64,000 nucleotides of DNA from Octopus vulgaris (Eukaryota): contig OX597824.1 of assembly GCA_951406725.2 (NCBI GenBank), positions 45,012,001 to 45,076,000 on the forward strand, in the 5' to 3' direction. Below are positions 38,961-52,300 of this stretch, one piece after another. Position 1 is the first letter of the stretch; each line of letters opens with the position of its first letter. The position numbers were made by a program, and so were the translations under genes. The notes below the pieces were generated by a model that was not told the origin of the DNA, did not search any database, and saw nothing but the letters and a program-made list of their open reading frames with translations.

Positions 38961-39501
38961 GATTTTTGCTGTTGATCATGAAGATTTTTCAAATAATGAA
39001 ATAATACTAAATTTTAATACTTTGAAAAGATGCAAAGAGAAAAAAAATTATGGAGAAGAGTATGTTTGATATGATGGGTCAAGATAAATTAAGATTTATT
39101 ATAATCATTAGTGTGTGGGTGGGGTTGGGGCATCAGTTTAACTATTTCTTGAGAATGCTTTATCCTTTTCTTTCATTCATAGACAAGGGATAAATTTCAG
39201 ATTATTTGTCTGAAAGCACTCAAAAAAACCTGTAACTCAACTGAACGTATTATTTTGCGGTTGGTTTGAAAATTATATTTTTCCAAAATTCTGATGCAAA
39301 ACTGTACCTTTTTGCAATAGGTATTCAGCTGTTCATTCATTATTACAGCTAATTAATTTTGACAAACTTATGTGAGGCAATATTGTACTAATATATGATT
39401 GTATCATATTGTAGCATTTATCTTACTACATCATCAGGAACTATTACTGTCTTTTGAGTTCTAATCAAACTGTAACTGATAAGAATGCTCATCAGTTAGA
39501 T

Positions 39502-39902
39502 CAGGGGGTCACTAAACTATGGCCCGCAGGCTAGATCCAGCCTGTGAGGTCAGTTCATCCAGCCTGCCACTACTCTACTTTTTGTACAAGTACCTCCAAT
39601 AAGAGTTCATTACCTCTGGTATGGCATCAGTGTTTGGAACAACTTGTGTCTGAGAGCGAACATTTTCAAAAATAAAGTATGTGAAGTTAGCATATCGAAT
39701 GAGGTTGACAGATGAACATTCTCTTGGTTGGATGCAGCAATTCCAAAGCAAACATTGATATCTTAAAAGCTAAACACCATATGTTGGTTGTCTTTATTTT
39801 TTGTGTATTCACTGTATTGTATTGAACAAAATGGCCATGTGGCCCGTGCTTGTCATTCTCTCAGCTATCTGGTCTGCCATGAACAAAGTTTGTTAACCCC
39901 TG
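39502..39902 (+). mobile_element. Non-autonomous hAT (Charlie-type) element
   Basis: Ends cagggggtcactaaact / agtttgttaacccctg; 8-bp target duplication agttagat/agttggat; internal MASVFGTTCV*ERTFSKIKYVKLAYRMRLTDEH is a hAT dimerisation-domain remnant. Confidence 0.9.
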
Positions 39903-40189
39903 AGTTGGATGGATGTGCTGCTCTCCTCTCTCACAAGCCCATTTACAAAATTGAAAAATATGAGTAGCAAGTAGTGATAAGTTTTGTCTCAATGGAATGC
40001 TATGTTTGGAATTTAGAAATTAAAAGGCTATGTGATGCCTTAACCATGGCTGTTATTTGCTAATGGAAACTCCATAACTGTTTCTTTAGTAAACAACATT
40101 TTTCTGAATACACGAGTATCATGAATTGCATTTCTATTTGTTGTGGGTGCATGCCTTAATTTTGTTTTAAATTGTAATTAGTGGACAAT

Positions 40190-40550
40190 AGGCTGTGTGG
40201 TAAGAAGCTTGCTTCCCAAGCACATGGTTCTGGGTTCAGTCCCACTGCATGGCACCTTGGGCAAGTATCTTCTACCATCGCCTTGGACTAACCAAAGCCT
40301 TATGAGTGGATTTAGTAGATGGAAACTGAAAGAAGCCCATTGTGTATGTATGTGTATATATATATATATATGTATGTATGTATTTGTGTGTCTGTGTTTG
40401 TCCCCCACCATCACTTGACAACCAATGTTGGTGTGTTTATGTCCCCCCATAACTTAGTGGTTCAACAATAGAGACTAATAGAATAAGTACTAAGCTTACA
40501 AAGAATAAGTCTTAGGATATATTTGTTCAACTAAAAAGAATAAAAGAATA
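40190..40550 (+). mobile_element. SINE family A
   Basis: Match to other family A copies. Confidence 0.88.
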
Positions 40551-40767
40551 GCAATAATAGTTACAGGTTTACAATGGGCCAATAACTCGCTGCTTTCCTG
40601 GCAGAGAGTGTTCAGTGAGTGTCATTAACTCAGTGGAGAACAAATAGCACAATGTATTTTATTTGAAAAATACATTCTTAATTTTTTCACCAACATTTAC
40701 ATTCTTCAATAATATACATTAGTGAGATTCACGCATGCATGTATGCAAATACACACGCATGCACACT

Positions 40768-41115
40768 TTACTCTTTTACTGGTTTCAGTCATTGGACTGA
40801 GATTATGTTGAGACTCTGCTTTGACAGATTTAATCAAATTGAACCCCAGTATTTTTGTGTTTGATGCTTGCTTTGTCAAACATTGTTGCCAAATTAAGTT
40901 ACAGAGGTATAAACTAACATCAGTTGTCAAACAGTGAGACAAACACAAAGATACATGCCCACACACACACACTTGGGATATTTGCTCAGTTTCTGCTTAT
41001 AAAATTTCCAAAGATACTGGTCACCCAGTGGCTGTTAAGACATTTGCACAAAGCAGCATGCAGTAGAATTGAACTGTAAATTTGCAATGTAATATTCCTC
41101 ACCACACAACCATCC
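40768..41115 (-). mobile_element. SINE family A, diverged and inverted relative to its neighbour
   Basis: ttactcttttactggtttcagtcattggactg is the reverse complement of the family A tail. Confidence 0.7.
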
Positions 41116-41519
41116 TCATATTCTTAGCGAGAAAATTAAAATGGTGTAGTCTTGAGCATCCAAACTACATTTTAATTGTATTTTAGAATAAAACTTTTAA
41201 AGTACAAGTTCACAATAATAATTAAAATCAACTGATGCAGTTCTTTCATCTACAATTAAAATATTCTTCAGAAGTTTCTTGCTAAAAACAAATTGATTAT
41301 TTTTAAAACAGTATTGTGATCTATTGAAATAATTTTTTTTTAATTGCTTGAGTTTTCAGTTGCTTCATTTTTTAATTTTAATTTTTTCTTTTGTGTGTGT
41401 GTGGTATTTTATCACTTTGATTTACTTTTTGAAATACTATTTATTTCAGTGGTTGATGTTATAAAAAATTTTTAAATGCTACATTATGTTTCTTAAAAGG
41501 TTTGCCTATGTCAGATGTT

Positions 41520-43430
41520 ATTGTAAATGTCTGATTTTGAAATCTTAGACAAGAAAGGAATTACTGTTACCTTTCAAGTGTTAGAATGTTTAGGAAAATG
41601 TTATGTGAGAAGCTTACATGGTTTTAAACGCATCACTAAAGGAGCTAGATCTACCTTACAGTGCCATATATGTCAGCAGCTAAGCTGTAGACCTGGTATC
41701 AAGTTCTGCTTCTATGCTGGATTTGTTTTCTTTTCTTCCCATATCACTTTTTTCCTTTCACTCATCATATTAATAATTATGTTTTCTATTTGGATCTTTA
41801 TCTTATAATTCAAGTATTTTTAATTTTTCAAGAATTTGATTTTCCTATTGTGGTATGTGTATATAATATATAATCATGCACTCATTAGACACTACTCCCC
41901 ATTATATAGCAAGTAAGTGAAAGAGAGTATTCATTGTTATATAGAGTGGAATACTGTTTATTTAAGGTAGAATTTGTGTGAGTTGTTATTCAGAGATTTT
42001 AATTCCTGATCCCAAGTGAATGAAGATTGGGAATGAGAAACATCAGTCACATCTCACATACACTGAGCTTTGGAAAACAGAAAAAAATTTCATATCTAAT
42101 TGTGTCTGATGTATCTTACTATTTTTAAGAATTGAAGCAGATTCTGTGAGTTGAAGTAAAGTCTGTTAAGATCTCCAGGAAATTGGATGTCAATGAAGAT
42201 GTAAAAGGCTACTCATTGGTAATATAGAATGCCAAGGTTCAAAATGAAAATGTAAATGACTGTTGGTTAGAAGGGTTGAACAAAAAATAGCTCTTTCCTA
42301 TACATGAACTGGCATTACAACAGATTTGTTAATTGATCACTGAACATTGTATAGTGCTACCTGGAAAACTATCCCCCCACCTACATAAAATTACTTCTGT
42401 GGAGTTGCAAACAATAGAAGCTACTGAACTATTCATCACAGATGAAGGTTTGGTGCTATCTGCTAATATTCTGTGAGTCGTTGGCATTTTTTGAAAGTAT
42501 ATCAGGGGTTGTTAAATCTTTTGATGGCAAAATTGTTGTTAGGGGACTTTCCCATAACACCAGAGGTCTTAATGTTGCTGCAACTGAAAATTGTGTTAAA
42601 TCATCTCAGTTTTGGCCTAATCTAAAAATGTTTAAGCTTATCAGAAAACATGATCACAGAGCAAGAAGAATAGACAGCTACTTTATATTGGAAATGGTGC
42701 ACTGATTAATAAAGGTAAACTGTAAGAAGATCTAGCAGAATTCTCTTCCTGAACTAATATTAGGTGATTTGGAGTCTTATCAGAAACATATTTGGAGATT
42801 TAATAGCAAAGAATTAATTAAAAGTATATCATCAGAGATAGTGTTAACTCCTAAAAATATAGTTACTTTAGAACAATGCATTACTACCTGAATATATCTC
42901 AGCATATAGAAAAGTTAATAGCATCATTATGAGTTATCCACTTGTGTTTTTAAATACATTGATGTTATTGAGAATGCCTCTATATGTTTTGAAACTAAAG
43001 GATGGTATGCTTATCATATCATATGATCATGACTCAAGACGTTCTATTTCATGGAACATAAATTTTAATAAAATCTCTTCATCATCTCTACCTTCATGCA
43101 CAAATACTGACTGATTATAAGAAACAAGAGAAGATATTCCTCCCAACACTACATTTAACACCCTGTGATATTCTTTTTCCCTTTGCTTTAAAAATACAGT
43201 AGTTTCCTGTATCCTGGCATTTACAATGATTATCACCATACCAAAAAATCAGTCATTTATTCAGGTTGTCATATACCAGCCTTCAATCATTTTTTACACA
43301 TACTACTTTACATGGCATTCAGTAGAACTAGAAATTAAAATAATTTAAACCTGCGCTTAACCAAGAAAATTCAGGATCAAAATTTTCACAAAAAAACTAA
43401 TAATAAAAGAATTATTAAATTAGAAAGTAT
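41520..43430 (+). pseudogene. Helitron Rep/PIF1-helicase fossil
   Basis: Collinear decayed motifs: T*TGITTDLL, LFITDE, SFDGKIVV, CVKSSQFWPNLKMFKL, VLTPKN, YPLVFLNTL..RMPLYVLKLKDG, LAFTMIITIPKNQSF, YMAFSR; left boundary uncertain. Confidence 0.85.
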
Positions 43431-43867
43431 CTGCAAAACCTTTCCCTCCTTAGTATTGTTCTGATGATTTCTCCATAATTTGTTAAATTTTGAATTTCTG
43501 TACAATTGAAACAATTAGTGAACCAAGATAAATTTTTGTTGTTTTTCAAAATTGTTTTAAACAAAGTCTGCTACATGTAAATAAGTAAGTATATAAAAAT
43601 ATAGTTTTCTGTATTTTTCACTTGTTATTTTTCAATACATTTGAGATAATCATATTTGATATAATTTCTGACAGCACAGTATATAATGTATATCATATAC
43701 GATTTTATATGAAAACTTATTTACAAATGTGGCCAAGATTTTATTTTGTTTGTTTCATCAGAAATGTTTAAGTTCTATTTCTGTTAGTATGATGTTGATT
43801 TATTTAATTGAAGCAATAAATTTTAAAAATCTTTGATTTATGTTTCTCATCCTTTTGTCATTTTCAG

Positions 43868-43973
43868 AGACCCACAAACTGTTTACAGCAAAGTTAATAC
43901 TAACATCAGTGATGTTAATGCTAGAATTCAGAACTGGGATAATTTAGTAAAAAACATTAAAGCATATTACTTG
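43868..43973 (+). CDS. CCDC88A: Girdin/Daple-like coding exon 3: (I)DPQTVYSKVNTNISDVNARIQNWDNLVKNIKAYYL
   Basis: Acceptor tcattttcag, donor gtaaga, phase 2 to 0; resembles Girdin LRMHNLSILVRQIKFYYQ. Confidence 0.92.
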
Positions 43974-44017
43974 GTAAGAAAAACTTTATTTAAATTTGTG
44001 ATTTTATTTTTGTTTTA

Positions 44018-44046
44018 TCTATAATACATTAAAAATGAAGTTCAGT

Positions 44047-44083
<37 letters not shown>

Positions 44084-44727
44084 AATGTTACACAGCTAAA
44101 CTGGTGCGTAATGGGAAAATACTTTGAAAGTAGAGTGCCCCTGAAATGTGAATACAAATGGAATAAAACAAGTTTCATGTAAATCGGACCAGTGGTTGAG
44201 ATATTTGGGCCTTTGGAGTGTAAATATCCAAAATGGTGCATAATGGGAAAATATTCTGAAAATAACTTAACCTTGAAAAGGAAGAAACTCTAACCTTTCC
44301 ATTAGACACATTATGATGGGAAAAATATTTTAAAGTGAAAATGACTTTAAAAATATGGTAAATATTTTGTAAAAGACCCATAACTTTGGTGTGAAATAGT
44401 TTTATTCCATGGGTTTCTTTTGAGTGTATTCAACGTATCTCACCACCAAAGATTTGGCCATTATTTCTAGCACACCCTACTACCATGTAACAGCTATTTG
44501 TGATAAAGGACCCAAAATAGCTGTTACGTGGTAGCAGGGCGTGCAAGAAATATCAGCCAAATCTTTCCTTTTCTGGGGAAAGAAGCTGTTTAGCTGTGAT
44601 TTCAATGTCACATTCATTGAAAGCATGCAAAATAACATGGAAAAGAAAAAGAATACCCACAAAACAAAACTCCATTGCTGGGAAACTCAGACTTCCATGG
44701 TGACCCAACAGGTCACGGGTAGTCTAG
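44018..44727 (+). mobile_element. Non-autonomous Helitron with (CTTG)n
   Basis: A|TC 5' end, CTAG|T 3' end, subterminal hairpin gtgacc-caaca-ggtcac. Confidence 0.8.
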
Positions 44728-45459
44728 TTTTAATTATACTCTGAATTGTTTTCACTTTTTATTGTAATATCTTTGTATTTGTGTATTTGTTTTCACAATA
44801 TAAATTTATTTTTATAATCTCTTATGATAAAAGACAGATTTTCTCTACCTCTGACATAGTTTGTTTTTAATACAATTGTACAATATAGAATTTCTTCAAT
44901 TGGAATTTACCTATGATTTTTCGAAGTAGATTCGATTGGGTCATGGCATATACATTTTTTTCAATTTCACCCCCAATTAAGCAAAAATTCCAGAAAACTC
45001 AATATTTTACGATTTGCCTCTCATTTCAAATGCTTTACTCCTGCTATTACCACACTTTCTCCTACTTTCTCTTTGCAAGTGTATACCACTATCATATCCT
45101 CTTTCTGCAACTCTTATTCAACATCACACATTCTGCTACTTTCTCTTATTAATGCTTAAACCAATCAAAAAAAAAAAAAAGGAAACAGATCTGTTGCTAA
45201 CTTTTGGTAGTATTCATTGGCGAGCATACTTCAGTTGTCAATTGTTGAAAGAAAGAAATTGTAAGCTAAGAAGGTGTGTGTATGTGTGTGTGTGTGTGTC
45301 TGTGCGTGCATGTGTGTAGGAAGTGAAGGATAAAAATATGGCAAGAAGTGGACAGATGTACATATATACATACATCCATCCATACATACATACATACATG
45401 CGTGTGTGTATTAATGTGTGTGTGTATGTATGTGTATTAATGTGTGTGTGTGTTCTCTC

Positions 45460-45845
45460 TCTATATAAAGCTGAAGTTGTCTGTGTGCGCCAGGTTTGGT
45501 AGCCTTCAACTAACACTATCTCCTCCGAGACCCTGCGGCGCAAGTTGACCAAAATTGAGAGTATGATAGAAGAAGGGTTGCTCTTCCTTCCGTAGAAGAT
45601 AAAATTCAAATCGGACCACGTTAACACCAAAAATTATTTACATCAAAAAGGTGCTTTTTTCTATGAAAAGCCCTATTTTTTACGATTTTTTTCACTGCTG
45701 TGTCACTACTTTTCGGTGTATTTCAACCAGAAAAATGTTCACTTGAAGAGAATAACAAGCTACATAATGCAAAATTTTTACTTTTCAAAAATTCCAATTC
45801 CAGTGGGTTGAAACAAACCCGAGCAACGCCAGGCGATACTGCTAG
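45460..45845 (+). mobile_element. Non-autonomous Helitron, young
   Basis: TCtatataaagctgaagt 5' end; cccgagcaacgccaggcg-atactg-CTAG|T 3' end; CpGs retained. Confidence 0.8.
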
Positions 45846-47438
45846 TATCAGTATAAAATTCAAGGTGGGGGAAATACATTGGTCAGTATTTTTGATCATA
45901 TGCATAATCCAAACATATTTTGCTTTGCATGTTGCATCAATAACATTTTAAAAGGTATCTGGAACCCCAGTGTAACTGATCTGCAAACCTGTCTTCATTG
46001 TAAATAAGCATCAAACATTGGTCAGCCATAAATCTTGTAGTTCTTCAATATTTCTGCATGCGGTAAGAAAAAGAAAAAAAAGGATGGGGTGTTCTTCCCA
46101 TCTTATTTGCTAAACTGAAGCTTCATTTATTCTTATTGGGTTACCTTTTCCTAGCTCGAAACCCTTACTTTTAATAATCATAGATGGATCCAAAATATAT
46201 CACAAGGTAATTAAAAAAAACAACCACTACTACATGACAGAAATGGCCAAACTGATAAAATTAAAAAATAACTTTGAAACCAACACACCAACATTGCACA
46301 CAACAGAAATTAAAACTTGATATATTTTCTTTGTTAAACTTTTAGTTATTTGATACCAAGTAAAAACACAAAATTAGCAAGCATTTGTATCTGACATAAA
46401 CCACAAAGCAAACAGTATATAGCAGCAGTAATAACACTAACCAGACCACATCCCAACTCATGACAATGTCAAATAACAATCCCACACTCCAACACCAAGT
46501 AAATTTTTCAATATCACCACCTGCCTACCCACACTAGAATCCAGGTATACAGAGGAACTAATGATGAGAGCTCTAAATCATGGTCTAGATGAAAGTAGTG
46601 TCTTTACATGGTTTTTGAGAAATAGTGATCAAATCTCCCTCAAATCACACCCAACCATTGTTAAACAAAAAGACCCGTTGGATAATAGAGTACCTGATAT
46701 GTTCTGATATGCAAAGAAATAGGATGAGCATGACTGGAACATCTTTGACCATTGTTTATCTCATCAGAGTAAGCCTAGGGTTAAACAAGACATGAAGAAA
46801 TAGACGGGACATTGGAAGGATTACATAACCAACTGTTACACTGCATCTAGTAATACTCAACACTGCATGTTGGAGTGTGAAATCTAGTTCTCAGTTAGAT
46901 GGAGGCTTGGTATATCTGGAACAACAAATCTGATGGTTGTACTTAGTTATTCAATCAACTGTGCCAAAGCTCTACTCAACTAGAACTTCCCTGAGGTTAG
47001 ACAATAATAATCCCTGATACTTTTTTTATATTTAACATTTTTTGATCACCCCTGGTTCTATGACACAAACATTCCTTGTTAAAGTGATCTCAGTTAAAAC
47101 TTTATACCAACATTACATGTTAATTTATGTGCTAGACTTCTTAAGTATCTAAACTGATTTTCAATAAAAATAGAATTTTAAAGAGTTTTAAAAAATCTAT
47201 ATAAATTTGGTAGGACAAACAGAAAAACTCAATATACAATGTGTGTATGTATACATACACCCACCAAGAACACTATATACATCCATATATATCAAACTTG
47301 TGAATATGTATTCCAATATATTTCCAGTTAAATTATAATATGAAAGCATTTATTCTGCAAAAATGCTTTTTTTTGTATTTTTATTTTCATACATTTTTAT
47401 TTTCCCCTTATGTTAAAAAATTAAACTTGTTTCAATTA

Positions 47439-47481
<43 letters not shown>

Positions 47482-47999
47482 TGGTGCTCCAGCATGGCCG
47501 CGGCCTTCGGGCTAAAACGTTTTTAATGATTTTAAGGATTTATATATATACACACACATATATATACATATATGCATATACTGATATCTATTATGCTGGA
47601 ATTGACCTCATGTAATTATTCATACAGTAATGAGTATTTTCGATTAAGATTTTAATTTAAATGTGAACATTTTAGAGTACATAGTCTTAGGCAGCTGGCT
47701 ATTATTAAAAGGGTTAAACATTTTAGCTGATTTTGTTGTATTAAATTCTTGAAAAGAGAAAATAGAACCTTGATAAACACCTAGATTACTCTTTGTTCCT
47801 TTGTTGTGTTAATTAATGACATTGGCTTAAATTTCTCATTAAATGCTTTAGATGGTTATAAACTCACTAGATATCATTAGACTTCCAAATGATTATAGGT
47901 TTACTTGATAAATAGAATTCATACAACTAACTCAAGTAAATCTTTCAGCAACTGATGGTACTCAGATAGAGATTTCTTTCGTGCCAATAACTCATTTAT

Positions 48000-48660
48000 T
48001 CATGCATTATTTAATATGATCAGCTGTCAGTTCCATCATTATTGCTGCACATACTCTTATAATACAGAAAGTATATGTTTATCTTTAGATCATAAACTTG
48101 TTTAACTCCAACCTTCTGTTGTGGTTGCATGTTCAGTGTAAGCAAGTGATATTTCATGAAATAAACAGTGGTAGTGCCTATTAAGCATGTTTTGTGAGTA
48201 ATTAAAATCAGAATGTGTTGCCAATGTAGTTCTAAAACATATAGACCTTTTTTGTTCACTTTTATGAGAATTTGAATCGACTCTCTTTAGAATATGACTA
48301 CATGAGAAACAGAAACAAAAAGCTTTTAAAGTAACAATTGAGTCACTGGAGCTAAAGTTCAGGAATGTTTCCATAAGTATTATATTGTTTCTGAGTCACA
48401 TGTATCTGTGATTTGCCTTCCAGGGGATGTCAAGAATATCATGGGTATGAGAAATATGCCAAAATCTGATTGCCCCAGCAATATTCCATTCTTGTCTCCT
48501 GTCATGCACACAAATCGGAATTGTTTTGACAAATCAAGGCCATGGTAATATTGATTAAAATGTTATTTCCTGTTATTGTTGTCATGGAGATGAATCAGAA
48601 GGCAAAAAACTAGACAAAAGCTTTACAAATGTCTCCTTCAGTATTTCAAGAGGCTGAGTT
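48000..48660 (-). mobile_element. Possible hAT transposase fossil
   Basis: Minus strand FVCMTGDKNGILLG and HYHCLFHEISLA weakly match hAT TDGA..M.G and HC..H..L motifs in the right order. Confidence 0.4.
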
Positions 48661-48999
48661 CAATCCTGCAGAGTAAGGTTAAAAAAACAATGTTTTGGTG
48701 AAGTCACCATTCTTGTAAAAAAAAAGAAGTAAAAAATAAAGGCATTATTTTTCAGAGAAATAATTTGCACAATAGTAAGCTCATAAGCTTGTTGTAATTC
48801 TCTTTTGAGTGTGTGTGTGTGTGAGAGAGAGTGAGTAATAGTTAAACAAATGTTATAAAACAAAAGATAATGTATACAATGTTTGAAAATAGTTAAATTT
48901 TTTATAATTATAGTAGTGAAACTAGTGAAAACACTATTCTGAGTTTCAAATATTTATCTATATTTGTCTGAAACTCGGAGGTAGTGTCTTGACTGATCA

Positions 49000-49520
49000 T
49001 ATACTCTAGATGGTGAACAGGTGTGGTCTCCGTTTGTCGAGACGATTTTTTTTCCTAAGTTCACTAGTTTTAGTGGACTGAATTCTTGGATTAAGTGTAG
49101 ACCAAAAGCAGGGGCTTGGCAGGTCAAATGCAGCCAAGCCTTCCATCTTCTCTTTCACACCGGTGGTGCTGGTGGTCAGGGTTCCACCTTGTCATTCTAT
49201 AGAGGGTTGGTAGAAGCAAAGTGTGACAATACCCTGGGAAACACCCTGGGTCTCGACGATGGTCAACTAGCTGGCCTGTTCAAATGTACATTCCAGACAA
49301 GGTCCTTGGATAATTTCCAAAAGTCCCTGGATTGGCAGTGTTACAGAGGAACCGTACCTGTTCATGATAAACTTGCAAAGCATTGAGGTCAGTCTTCACT
49401 CACTTGTCCAAGATGTGAGCAGGACAGAGAAACTGTTGTACAATGTCCGGAAATCTTGGAATTGTGGGTTTATGTTGAACAGCTGCTGTCCTGTATGGGA
49501 AGAGTACAGCTGTCATCTGA
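49000..49520 (+). mobile_element. Tx1/L1-type LINE ORF2 C-terminal fragment
   Basis: LDWQCYRGTVPVHDKLAKH followed by CPRCEQDRETVVQCP, zf-RVT-like. Confidence 0.6.
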
Positions 49521-49596
49521 ATCAATCATTAAGATTACATTACACTGGTGATTGCATAATAGCATTGAAACATCAGATCTTCAAAAGAATACTGTA

Positions 49597-49882
49597 ATTC
49601 AATCAATTATTCCAATTCTACATGGCGTAGTGGTTAAGAGCATGGCTACTAACCCCAAGATTCCAAGTTTGATTCCAAGCAGTGACCTGAACAATAGTAA
49701 TAATAATAATAATATCAAAATATACCTTAGGAATGAGAACCCAAGTTCAAAATTTCCCTCAAGACACCTGATGAAGGCTGGGGGGTATATCAGCTGAAAC
49801 ATTGTGTTAACAGCAAACAAGATGAGGACAAATATCCGTCAAATATAAATAATGTACATAATTCCTCATCTCTTAAACTGTA
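49597..49882 (+). mobile_element. Solo Penelope-like terminal module (tRNA-like head, AAT tract, hammerhead)
   Basis: Highly similar to the reverse complement of 10250-10487 and to 10836-10897. Confidence 0.85.
49763..49808 (+). ncRNA. Minimal type-I hammerhead ribozyme motif
   Basis: gacac-CTGATGA-a-ggctg-(loop)-cagct-GAAAC-att-gtgtt: both core boxes, stem I gacac/gtgtt, stem II ggctg/cagct. Confidence 0.7.
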
Positions 49883-51402
49883 TTAAATAAATAAGTTATT
49901 TTTTGTTAAACATAGCTAGTCTGGTAACTTTTTGATACCATCTTGTATGTCACTGTTAATTGTTAACAACACTTTCTGATCTGAATGATGTGAAACATAA
50001 TTTTGTATTGAAACCATATGAACAAAATTGGGTTTTTTTGTTTTATTTTAGTTTTATTATTGTAACTTGAATTCTTATATTTTATTGAAGGTAATTTTCA
50101 TAATTAGTTGATTATGACAATAATATTAGAATAAGAGAAAAGCAATAATATTGCAACTTGTAGCATTTATGTCTATAAATTTTACTTTGATCAATAATTT
50201 GATGATTGTAAGTTTGTCAGGGTAACTAGTCTTCAGCAAACATGGTGTAAGATTCAGTGATGTTCCAATATTTCATGACATTTCTCTTTTTATATCTTGA
50301 TTTTGCTATTCATGTTGCATCGCAACTCAGTGTCAAACGTGAAACAAAGGTATCAAGTAGCCTACCTTTTCTGTTGTGTACACCCTCTCCTAGTACCACC
50401 AGACGTATGTGTAGGTAATTGAATAGCTGGAGAACTACAAGCTAGTCATGATTAAACAGTTTCTGTGAAAACTTAGATTCAGTTAATCAAGACCAGCTGT
50501 TCCTCAAACTTCTGTTTCTACTTTAAATACTATGCTATAGATTAGTACTTACTCTAGCACTAATTAGTCTCTGAAAATAAACAATTCATTTATTAATTGC
50601 AATTATTCCTTAGAGCAATTTGTGGATTTAAATCTACTTATTGCTGTCAGTATAGTAGAACATTTGAGAAATAAGAATTAAGAATTCATTTGCAAATTAA
50701 TTGTTGTTTTCATTCTTCTAAACTATAGCTTCTTATTAACTAGTCATAATAAAATTCTTGACACAGCTTATCTTTATTTCTTGCATGTTTACATAGATAT
50801 TAACAAAAAAAAAATTAAAGCATTTACTGCATTCATGTTGTAAATCAGTTTTTACAGACAGATAATTGATGTGACTTAACTATAATAGATATTGTGGTAT
50901 ATTTTTGTCACAAACTTTATATACATGATCAGCCTGCTTACTTAGCCAGCTGAGTGGTATCATTTGAAACCTAAAATTATGCAAAGTGCATTATGACTAG
51001 TGATATATAACAACATCCAATTGTCTAGTTGACCATATGATTATATATATATATATATATATATCAACAATATTAATAATAAGGATTACTACGAAGTTGC
51101 ATAGCATTACTTTAATTCTTTAATTTATATACAGCTTCACATAGACCAACACAGGTTTCAACTGCACTGATTAGTAACCATTGCAATTACAACCCTACTA
51201 TAAAACCTAGATGGTCAAAGAAATATATTCAGAATTATCCAATGGAATATACCTCTAATTTCTTATAAGAACTTTATTGGATATATATGTTAACTGTTGA
51301 ATAACCTATTTTGAATATCTGAGAGCAAGCCAGTAATTGTTTTGGGGTAATCTCTTACTATTTACACACACACACATACATATATACACACACATTTACA
51401 TA

Positions 51403-51580
51403 CAATGGGGTACTGAAAAGTTCCTGGTTTTTGGTAAAAGAAACTACAGGGGGATCAGTTAATTATGATTTTATTCAACACATTCCCCTCTCAGATTCAC
51501 ACTTATTGCAGTAGTTCTTCAGTTTTTCTTGAAAGGTTGGGCCTCCAATCAGGTACTTTCGCAATGCTCTTAAAGCCAGG
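51403..51580 (+). mobile_element. Mariner-type MITE, partial second copy
   Basis: Homologous to 26715-26930. Confidence 0.7.
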
Positions 51581-52266
51581 CATGTATACACACACACACA
51601 CAGTTTTGTCATTGTGTAATAGTTGTGTAAAATTTTCAAAATCATACAAGCATTGTTGTTTATTTCCAATCTTCAAGAGAAATATGTCCAGTCTTGGAGA
51701 AATATCATCTTGCTGGGAAACAAGTGAAATTGGTGACAGGTTGGAAAATCTGCCTCAACAAATTCCATCTGGTCCATGGGAGCTTGGAAAAGTAGATGTT
51801 AAAATGATGACATTATTTGCTTGCGTGTAGAATTATGATTAAAAAGCAGTTGCACTCACTCAATCCATTTTAATAGAGTATCATATTTAATTTTTATAAG
51901 GAAAAGGTTGACAGAGACTTTGAAATTTTAGCTTACAAGCCATCATCAGTTTGATTGATGGTTAGTAAAACAAAACTTCAGAGTTACTGTCAACCTTTCC
52001 CTTGTTAAAAAAAAAAAATGTGTACGTGTACACATAAGTTTATTTATGTACATGGAGTATATGCATATGTGTATGTATGTGTTTGTACATATGTGTACAT
52101 GGGCTGCCAAAAATTGGTGTGAAATGGAAAAAAACTTTATATTTTGACCTATTTCAGTTCTTTTCATTTGCATCAAATTGACTTTGCATTTTATCCACCT
52201 TCCTGATCAATTTGAAGTCAATCTCCAAGCATTAATGCAGTTCAGTGACTGAAACCAGTAAAAGAA

Positions 52267-52300
52267 TGTGTGCTTATATGTGTACACATATAAGCACACA
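52267..52300. repeat. Perfect 34-bp palindrome
   Basis: tgtgtgcttatatgtgt|acacatataagcacaca. Confidence 0.95.
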
